From an uncultured bacterium (GTDB lineage: Bacteria; Deinococcota; Deinococci; Deinococcales; Trueperaceae): 54,761 nucleotides of DNA. The notes under the pieces are model-generated. The model was given only the letters and a program-made list of their open reading frames with translations, was not told the origin of the DNA and searched no databases. The stretch lies in NCBI GenBank assembly GCA_964634665.1, contig CAZWJZ010000002.1, forward strand, positions 1 to 54,761. The letters are read 5' to 3'. Below, in pieces: positions 47,108 through 53,912 of the stretch. The position numbers were made by a program, and so were the translations under genes. The stretch's first letter is position 1. Each line of letters starts with the position of its first letter.

Positions 47108-48107
47108 CTAGTTTGGCCTCTACTAAATTGCTTACAAGGGCAGGCTTTTCTAAAGCGTCAGGTGCTAACAGTAATTCATAAGCTGTGGCTTGTTGAAGCA
47201 TTTGACTTAAAACTTGTAGTTGAGCTTTCGAGGTATTTGCATCTGTCATAATGCCAGCACTTTGTTGCGCGAGTAAAATGAGGGCTTGAGTTGCGTTTAT
47301 TTCAGCTAAGCTTGTTTTTGTGCTTAAACCTAAACGTGGAAATAAAATTATGTTAGGCGTGCAAGTAGCAGTAAATCCGGCGGCAAACTCAGGGTTTAAA
47401 TTAATGACTTTTTTGCCTTTAGGATCGTCAAACTCTAAACTTGCATCTTTATCATTAAAAGCTTGAAACACGTCAGGCATAACTGAGAAGCCCTTACGAA
47501 AGGCTAACGCTTCAACTTCATTTTCTGAGGCTTTAAGTAAGACAGCATCATCAGATAAAAACTGCCAAGCTGAATTAATTAAATTAAGCGTAGTTGTGGT
47601 TTTACCAGAACCACTCGAGCCAACTACAAGTAAGCCTGTGTTGTGTTTTTTGAGTCCGCAGGCATGTAAACCATAGAGACCTTGGGGTCTTAGTAGCATG
47701 AGTATGCTTAGCATGATGAATTCGCGTTGCGCGTAGAGGCTTTCATGCCAGAAGTAATCTGATAAGTAAGCAGTTGCGTGTAGTGTTTGGGTATCTAGGT
47801 TGAGCTGTGATGCGCCGCAGCTTAAGTAAAAGCCTGTTGTTGTTTTTAGGACTTCTAGACTGCCAGCACTGTAAACAAGGTCACCACTTGGTTTTGAAAA
47901 AGGTTTATCTAGTAGTTTAATGTCTGAATTTGCTTGAGCGTAATCACATTCAGTTAAGACAAGCACACGGTTTAATAAGTAGTCAAGTTTGCTTAAACTA
48001 GCGTAATCTCGACCTGAAAAACGCAGGTTCACGGTGTCTATTTGGTAGAAGCGTTGGTAGTCTTGCGCGCTTGTTAAGGTATCAAGAGGTGTTTCCCAGA
48101 CCATCAT
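47100..48107 (-). CDS. HPr kinase/phosphorylase C-terminal-domain-like P-loop protein
   Basis: LLVVGSSGSGKTTT followed by FLSDDAV. 8-nt overlap (ATGAGTAA) with the rSAM gene. Confidence 0.75.
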   Translation of the reverse strand: MMVWETPLDTLTSAQDYQRFYQIDTVNLRFSGRDYASLSKLDYLLNRVLVLTECDYAQANSDIKLLDKPFSKPSGDLVYSAGSLEVLKTTTGFYLSCGASQLNLDTQTLHATAYLSDYFWHESLYAQREFIMLSILMLLRPQGLYGLHACGLKKHNTGLLVVGSSGSGKTTTTLNLINSAWQFLSDDAVLLKASENEVEALAFRKGFSVMPDVFQAFNDKDASLEFDDPKGKKVINLNPEFAAGFTATCTPNIILFPRLGLSTKTSLAEINATQALILLAQQSAGIMTDANTSKAQLQVLSQMLQQATAYELLLAPDALEKPALVSNLVEAKLDE

Positions 48108-48722
48108 TTACTCCGCAAAGAACCAAGCTGCGTCACTAGGAACAGCTTTGCTAGATAACTCAACGGTTTGAAAGATACCTGACTTATCAACCAGTGAAAA
48201 CAAAGCTGTATTCCAACCCTGAGTTAACTGAAGGTCATAACGAAACACACCTGGAACACCGCCTAAAGGACAGTCACCAGAAATGCTTGAAGCAGAATTA
48301 GCATAAATGTACTGCACGTAATAATCACCTACTTGGCTTAAGCCATTCTGCATAACTGCTTCAGAAGAAGCCAGTGCAACCAAACCCGCTGCATCTTCAC
48401 CGTCAACAGAGACAGAAAAGGCAGAAAACTGATTACTACGCAAAGCACCATTAGTCATAGTCAGCGCGTCACAAGCAGCTAAAGGCTCGAGTAGGTCATT
48501 AGTAATGCTGGTAGATAAATTAACTTCAAAAATACCCGTGTTTGTAAGTTGACCTGACGCAATAACGCCTTCTTTATCTGCGTAAAACATGGCATTAAGC
48601 GCTGCGGAACCCGCAGTCCAATTTTTGAGTTCAGCCTGAATAGTGTACTGAGGTGATACCGAAGTGCTACAACTACTTAAAAAAATACAAAATAGAGCAG
48701 CTAAGAAAGAGTAACGAAACAT
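48108..48722 (-). CDS. Lipoprotein of unknown function
   Basis: Lipobox FLSSC in MFRYSFLAALFCIFLSSCSTS, AGGAG RBS, and a stop codon directly abutting the next start. Confidence 0.7.
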   Translation of the reverse strand: MFRYSFLAALFCIFLSSCSTSVSPQYTIQAELKNWTAGSAALNAMFYADKEGVIASGQLTNTGIFEVNLSTSITNDLLEPLAACDALTMTNGALRSNQFSAFSVSVDGEDAAGLVALASSEAVMQNGLSQVGDYYVQYIYANSASSISGDCPLGGVPGVFRYDLQLTQGWNTALFSLVDKSGIFQTVELSSKAVPSDAAWFFAE

Positions 48723-48921
48723 GCTTTGCTCCTAAAAGAAGAGAGATGGGAGTCTTAATCTTCTAACTTCAGTGTAGGTAAAGACACAGCCTTTTTAAGG
48801 TACGCTCATCACAAGAAAAAGCCTTAGGAAGTCTGATCGTACTCTGCTAGGTCAGAATTATAAAGCTCTACGACATTTATAATTCAGCTTAGTAAAAAGC
48901 AGCAAACAGTAAAGCTAAAAG

Positions 48922-50013
48922 CTAGTCTAAAGAGATAAAGCGCTCGAGTACTCGAGTGTTTGCTAAGTTGCTTTGAAATACGTCTGCTAGGTTGGCTACG
49001 GTTTGAACTTGCATGTCGGTATTTTGATTAGGGTAGTCTTCATTTTGCCATGTTTCATTCCACCATGAGAAGCCTTTAAGGCTATCCCAGCGGTTAGATA
49101 AGATGGCTTTTAGAGCGTCATCTGCCCAGATGGCAGGGTCCCCTAGAGGGTTAGCTGCGGGCGCACCAAACTCTAAAACAAAGACAGGTTTAGTGTTACT
49201 TAAAGCATTAAATCTAGGAATAGCAGTGTCTAGCGCTTCGGTAAAATCATCCCAGTAATCATCAAAAGGTGCTTGAGCTGCATACAAAGAAACACCAAGC
49301 CAGTCCACAACATCATCACCAGGGTAATAAGCTTCAAAGGTATTCCACGGTTCTTCAGGGAAGTCATAGGCATTTACGTGAAACACCCACGTAATATTGC
49401 TTGCCCCTTGAGCCTTTATGGTACTAACAATATGACGATAACTTTGTTTAAATAAGTCTGTATCCTGCTGATTCTGAGCACCACTCCAAGAGAACCAATC
49501 CCCATTCATTTCAGCTCCCCACTCGACAATAAGTGGAGATTTAAAAGCTGCCGCGGCTTTGCCCCATGCTTCTAAATCGCTATCAAAAACACCATTTACA
49601 ATATTCTCTAAGCTAAAAACAGTCTCCTCAGTATAAATTTCAGCAGAGGAGCGCAACATAAGGCGAATAAAAGGAACAGAACCGCTATCCTTAATCCAAG
49701 ATACGGTTTCTAAAGGAAAACTACGATTTTGATACCAGTTATGAGAGAAATAAACCCAAGCTGCTTTACGACCCACCGCAGTTTCATAAGACACTAAGCC
49801 TTCAAGACTAATGTCATCTTCTTCACCACTGACCCCACCAGGGTAAACCCCATGATAATACTGACCCTGCTCAGGTAGCGCCAAGCCAAAAGATTCATTA
49901 GCCGTTACATTTGCAGCGTTGCAAGCAAGCAAACAAACAAGAAGCAAAACAAAACTCAAATAACCCTTAAAAACAGTGAAGAAAACCCCTTGTAAACTCG
50001 AGTGTCTAGTCAT
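48922..50013 (-). CDS. Secreted glycoside hydrolase, GH26-like
   Basis: Signal/anchor sequence and EWGAEMNGDWFSWSG, resembling the GH26 HE-NG-WFWW motif. Confidence 0.65.
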   Translation of the reverse strand: MTRHSSLQGVFFTVFKGYLSFVLLLVCLLACNAANVTANESFGLALPEQGQYYHGVYPGGVSGEEDDISLEGLVSYETAVGRKAAWVYFSHNWYQNRSFPLETVSWIKDSGSVPFIRLMLRSSAEIYTEETVFSLENIVNGVFDSDLEAWGKAAAAFKSPLIVEWGAEMNGDWFSWSGAQNQQDTDLFKQSYRHIVSTIKAQGASNITWVFHVNAYDFPEEPWNTFEAYYPGDDVVDWLGVSLYAAQAPFDDYWDDFTEALDTAIPRFNALSNTKPVFVLEFGAPAANPLGDPAIWADDALKAILSNRWDSLKGFSWWNETWQNEDYPNQNTDMQVQTVANLADVFQSNLANTRVLERFISLD

Positions 50014-50064
50014 GAGATGTTTGCTTTAAGCAGAGTCAGGTTTCTATGGGCATAGTGCATAACT

Positions 50065-50097
50065 AAAAACTCGAGCTTAGCTAACTTAGCTAAGCTC
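50065..50097 (-). terminator. Intrinsic terminator of glyQS
   Basis: GAGCTTAGCTAA-c-TTAGCTAAGCTC perfect inverted repeat, then TTTTT on the minus strand. Confidence 0.7.
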
Positions 50098-50104
50098 TTG
50101 AATT

Positions 50105-51616
50105 TTACTGTAAGCGACTTCTTACATAATCAGCTAAATCAGCTACGGCAACACGCTCTTGATTCATACTGTCACGATCACGAATTGTTACGGTATCTTT
50201 AAGCTCTGCTTCACCTTTACCAATGGTGTCAAAATCTACCGTAACGCAAAAAGGAGTTCCTACTTCATCATGACGACGGTAAGCTTTACCTATATTGCCC
50301 GTATCTTCATAAAAAACACGTCCAAAACCAAGAGCCTGCAAATTACGTTTTATCTCTTTAGCTTTGCCAGTAATATCCTCATCGTTTTTCTTTAAAGGAA
50401 TAACAGCTACCTTAATAGGGGATAAGTGAGGTCTAAGCTTAAGCACAATACGTGACTTACCATCCCCTAAATCTTCATCGGTATACGCTTCTGTTAAAAC
50501 AGCCAGTACACCCCTATCAACCCCAGCTGAAGGCTCAATAACAAAAGGCACGATAGGTTTATTGGTATCAGGGTCAGGAATGGTTAACTTAGCTGTACTA
50601 TCTTGATTCTTACCAACCTCAGCAGTTAAGTCCAGCGTATCTTGATTTTTGCTATGCGAACCCAAATCAAAATCAGTCCGATTTGCTATACCCTCGAGTT
50701 CCTCTAAACCATGCGGAAATCTATACATAATATCAACTGCTGATTTTGCGTAGTGCGCTAAGTCAGCAGGCGTTTGCTGATACAAATCTAAGTTATCACT
50801 CTCTAAACCCTGATCTCGCCACCAAGCAAGCCTATCTTCAATCCACTGCTTATGCATAGCTTCATCTTGACCTGGTTGCACAAAATACTCAATTTCCATC
50901 TGCTCAAACTCACGAACCCGAAAAATAAAGTTACGAGGCGTAATTTCATTTCGAAAAGCTTTACCAATTTGAGCAATGCCAAAAGGTAGTTTGCGTGAAG
51001 TTGAATCAACTACATTCTTAAAGTTCACAAAAATAGCTTGCGCTGTTTCTGGCCTAAGGTAAGCGTAAGATTCATCATCTTCAACAGGACCCACCGTTGT
51101 TTTGAACATCATGTTAAACGGTCTTGGTTCCGTCCAGTTACCCACTTTGCCATTCTCAGGGTCAGCCACTTTAGCAGCATTAAGCGCTTCAGAAGCTTTG
51201 GCAGAATCTTTCATTATATGCGCAACAAGAGCATTAATATCACTAGTATCTTCAAAATCTACCAGCTCAGCTAAAGCTTTTAAGGTAGCTTCTTTCTGAT
51301 CAGCAAGCAAATGATCAAGACGATAACGCTTTTTACTCTCACGATTATCTACCAGCGGGTCAGAAAACGTAGCCTCATGACCTGAGTGACGCCAAATAAG
51401 ACGATGCGTCAAAATAGAAGCGTCAAGCCCCTCCATATCATCACGCTCATAAATAGTGGCCTTCCACCAAGCTGCTTTTAAGTTGTTCTTAAGTTCCACC
51501 CCGAGTGGACCGTAATCATAAGTACCTTGCAGACCACCATAAATATCTGAACCTTGAAAAATAAAGCCTCTTCGTTTACAAAGAGAAACAAGCTCATCCA
51601 TTGTTTTTGCTGGCAT
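50105..51616 (-). CDS. glyQS: Glycine--tRNA ligase, dimeric class II type
   Basis: [43 protein letters not shown] at 51616 with GGAGG 6 nt upstream. The track ORF over-extends 34 codons into the T-box leader. Confidence 0.92.
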   Translation of the reverse strand: MPAKTMDELVSLCKRRGFIFQGSDIYGGLQGTYDYGPLGVELKNNLKAAWWKATIYERDDMEGLDASILTHRLIWRHSGHEATFSDPLVDNRESKKRYRLDHLLADQKEATLKALAELVDFEDTSDINALVAHIMKDSAKASEALNAAKVADPENGKVGNWTEPRPFNMMFKTTVGPVEDDESYAYLRPETAQAIFVNFKNVVDSTSRKLPFGIAQIGKAFRNEITPRNFIFRVREFEQMEIEYFVQPGQDEAMHKQWIEDRLAWWRDQGLESDNLDLYQQTPADLAHYAKSAVDIMYRFPHGLEELEGIANRTDFDLGSHSKNQDTLDLTAEVGKNQDSTAKLTIPDPDTNKPIVPFVIEPSAGVDRGVLAVLTEAYTDEDLGDGKSRIVLKLRPHLSPIKVAVIPLKKNDEDITGKAKEIKRNLQALGFGRVFYEDTGNIGKAYRRHDEVGTPFCVTVDFDTIGKGEAELKDTVTIRDRDSMNQERVAVADLADYVRSRLQ

Positions 51617-51639
51617 AAGAACCTCCGCATTGTGTGCGC

Positions 51640-51830
51640 TTTGCACCAAAAAATCCCTAGGTGACAAAGCACCTGGGGACGAGTAAGCCTGTGGGTTTTT
51701 GCTTAGCCGCGGTTCCACCCCAGTTCCCTATAAGTAGGGCACTCAGAGAAATACGCTTTAAAAACGTTACTGCCTTTCGCACTTGTTTACCGCTAGACTC
51801 TCACCATCGCTAGCTCGCTTTACTGCTATT
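51640..51830 (-). promoter_or_regulatory. T-box riboswitch leader (Gly, specifier GGC) with terminator
   Basis: Read on the minus strand: GCGATGGTGAGAGT stem I start; GAAAGGCA specifier loop (GGC = complement of 51772-51774); stem III CCCTActtaTAGGG; T-box AACTGGGGTGGAACCGCGG (51725-51707); terminator CCCAGGTG..CACCTAGGG plus TTTTTT (51679-51648). Confidence 0.85.
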
Positions 51831-52103
51831 AAGCAGCTTGGCAACCTTAGTGCTACTCATGTAACCGAGCGCATGACAAATTGTGCCAGAAGAACAGCAA
51901 AAAAGCAAGAGCAACGCTTTGGCTATAGAGGTATAGCCTTTTAGTATCAATGCTTTCTGTTATCTTCAATAGCATGAAACTTACCCCCTGCACTCCATGG
52001 AATCAGACTCAGCGTAATAAAACTAGGCTTAATGATAATACCCGCCGTATAACGGAGTTAGTTTGTCCTTAGTCGGAACAATCTTGAACCAGAGGTGTTA
52101 TCT

Positions 52104-52132
52104 TTGATACTTACGTACTTTATATTTATAAT
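52104..52132 (+). promoter_or_regulatory. Near-consensus sigma70 promoter TTGATA-17-TATAAT
   Basis: -35 at 52104-52109, -10 at 52127-52132, exact 17-nt spacer. Confidence 0.55.
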
Positions 52133-52138
52133 CGTTTT

Positions 52139-52215
52139 ACTCTTTTAGTTCAAGATTATTTACTTGGGTTCGTTCGTAAAATAGAAACAACCCCAAGTGC
52201 TACTTAGGGTTTTTT
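52139..52215 (+). ncRNA. Candidate ~75-nt small transcript or attenuator-type leader
   Basis: Runs from the predicted TSS to the terminator CCCAAGT-gct-ACTTAGGG plus TTTTTT (52192-52215). ACTTGGGTT (52162-52170) can pair with the same CCCAAGT segment instead. Confidence 0.4.
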
Positions 52216-52391
52216 GTTGATTTTCTTTTGAGTGGTTTTGGCTTAGGTTTAAAATCGCTAGTATCTTGGTCGTTGTGCATATAAACTTGGGTGTTCCAAG
52301 AAACTTAATACCTTTTTTGTAGCATTGACACCTAGCATCAGCATAGGCTTTTTGGTTTTACTGTTTGAGTTGGGGTGTTCTAAGGAGAGTT

Positions 52392-52793
52392 ATGAATATG
52401 GTTTTTGCTTTTTTTAAGCCTAGACGGCTTTTGTTTGTAAGTGTTTTGGTTTTGCTTTCTTTTCTGCCTTTAAGTTTTGCGCAGGCACCTGTGCTTGTGC
52501 AGACAAATGCGACTATTATGCTTAATGCGGTTAAAGATGGTATTTACGGTAGTTTTATTGCCTCTGCGAGTGATGAGTTTAAGACTAGCTATCTGAAAGA
52601 GTATTTTGATGTTGTGGTTGAAGATCACTCTGCTAGGCTTGCTCAGGGTTATGAGGCTACCTACCTTAGTAGTTTGAATATTGATGGCTATGTTGTTTAC
52701 TTGTGGAAGTTGAGTTTTCAAGATGGTGGCGATGATAGTTTGCTTAGTTTGAGTGTGCAGAACGGCTTTGTTGTTGGCTTTTTGATGCAGTAA
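52392..52793 (+). CDS. Small secreted protein of unknown function
   Basis: AAGGAGAG RBS before the ATG at 52392. Signal peptide MNMVFAFFKPRRLLFVSVLVLLSFLPLSFAQA. Confidence 0.65.
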   Translation: MNMVFAFFKPRRLLFVSVLVLLSFLPLSFAQAPVLVQTNATIMLNAVKDGIYGSFIASASDEFKTSYLKEYFDVVVEDHSARLAQGYEATYLSSLNIDGYVVYLWKLSFQDGGDDSLLSLSVQNGFVVGFLMQ

Positions 52794-52815
52794 CTTAAAT
52801 CTTAATTGTATTGAT

Positions 52816-52843
52816 GCGCAGAAAAAACTTTCTGCGCTTTTTT
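52816..52843 (+). terminator. Intrinsic terminator
   Basis: GCGCAGAAA-aaac-TTTCTGCGC plus TTTTTT. Confidence 0.8.
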
Positions 52844-52955
52844 ATTGACTATAGAAATCGATAGCAGCTCTGCTACAAACCGGAGAAGTTTACCTAAGTA
52901 CCTGTTTGCAAAATGGAAACAAACTCGAGTGGAACGAGTAAGGACAAGTAAACTC

Positions 52956-52989
52956 AGTTATATTGCAAACGTACTATGGATTAGCTTAG
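52956..52989. repeat. 34-nt dispersed intergenic element, copy B
   Basis: AGTTATATTGCAAACGTACTATGGATTAGCTTAG matches 21545-21578 at 31 of 34 positions. Confidence 0.7.
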
Positions 52990-53004
52990 TGTCTCTGTTT
53001 TAAT

Positions 53005-53063
53005 GATTTAAGCTGTTTCGATAACATTTGATTTAAGCTGTTCCGATAACATTTGATTCAAGG
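53005..53063 (+). repeat. 25-bp tandem repeat, about 2.3 copies
   Basis: GATTTAAGCTGTTTCGATAACATTT / GATTTAAGCTGTTCCGATAACATTT / GATTCAAGG. Confidence 0.85.
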
Positions 53064-53138
53064 TCACAGTATTTATCCTTGAATAGCTAGGCGTGGGAGT
53101 ATTTTTGGTCAGAATACTTTTAGAGGAATGAAGATGCT

Positions 53139-53160
53139 ATAATTAGGCATGCCTAATTAT
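53139..53160. promoter_or_regulatory. DtxR/MntR-type operator, perfect 22-bp palindrome overlapping a TATAAT -10
   Basis: ATAATTAGGCA|TGCCTAATTAT. TATAAT at 53138-53143. Confidence 0.7.
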
Positions 53161-53177
53161 TTTCTTAGGAATATTTT

Positions 53178-53867
53178 ATGAAAAAAGCTGCCGTGAGTAG
53201 TTCAATGGAGGATTACCTAAAAGCTATCTTTGAATTAGGTGAATCTACAGTTAAAACGCAAGATTTAGCAGCTGAGCTTGATGTGAGTTCTGCTAGTGTC
53301 ACGGGCATGATTAAGAAGCTAAGTGACCTTAAGCTGATTGATTATGAGCGCTATTACGGCGTTAGTTTGACAAAGGCAGGTCGACTTATTGCGCTTGAAA
53401 CGCTGCGCCATCATCGGCTCTTAGAGACTTATTTAGCGCAAGCCCTTGGTTACGCATGGCATGAAGTTCACGCGGAGGCTGAACATTTAGAGCACCATAT
53501 TAGTGAAGCCTTTGAAGACAAAATTGCCGATCTTTTAGGTCACCCAAATTATGACCCGCATGGTGACCCTATTCCGCAAAGGGATGGTACGGTGCCACAA
53601 AGTCTAGGTAGACCTTTACCGGAATTTAGTGCTGATGAAAAGCTAATTATAACTAGAGTAAAAGGTAAAGAAGCTGAGCTGCTTAAGTATTTGGCTGAGC
53701 ATAAGCTGGTACCGAATAGCAACTTAGTTATAACGACCAAAGCACCTTTTGATGGGCCAATTACAGTGACGTGTGAAGGCTCGAGTGTGGCTTTGGCGTT
53801 TGCGGTTGCTGAGCGTCTTGAGGTTGAAAAACTTAGTGTGCTTGACAAGTTGAAACAAGCTGTTTAA
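53178..53867 (+). CDS. mntR: DtxR-family manganese/iron-responsive repressor with a C-terminal SH3-like/FeoA domain
   Basis: MEDYLKAIFELGE, wHTH, and metal-site HH..E..H residues in HEVHAEAEHLEHH. Confidence 0.88.
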   Translation: MKKAAVSSSMEDYLKAIFELGESTVKTQDLAAELDVSSASVTGMIKKLSDLKLIDYERYYGVSLTKAGRLIALETLRHHRLLETYLAQALGYAWHEVHAEAEHLEHHISEAFEDKIADLLGHPNYDPHGDPIPQRDGTVPQSLGRPLPEFSADEKLIITRVKGKEAELLKYLAEHKLVPNSNLVITTKAPFDGPITVTCEGSSVALAFAVAERLEVEKLSVLDKLKQAV

Positions 53868-53890
53868 TATTTAGGCATGCCTAAATATTA
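53865..53890. promoter_or_regulatory. Second DtxR/MntR-type operator, perfect 26-bp palindrome
   Basis: TAATATTTAGGCA|TGCCTAAATATTA overlaps the mntR stop codon and lies 23 nt before the next start. Confidence 0.7.
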
Positions 53891-53912
53891 GTTTAGGCTA
53901 TGGAGGTAAGCA

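Noticed and set aside
51617-51718. N-terminal 34 codons of the track's GlyRS ORF
   Set aside because: This stretch contains the T-box sequence and its terminator. A GGAGG-N6-ATG at 51616 gives the conserved GlyRS N-terminus.
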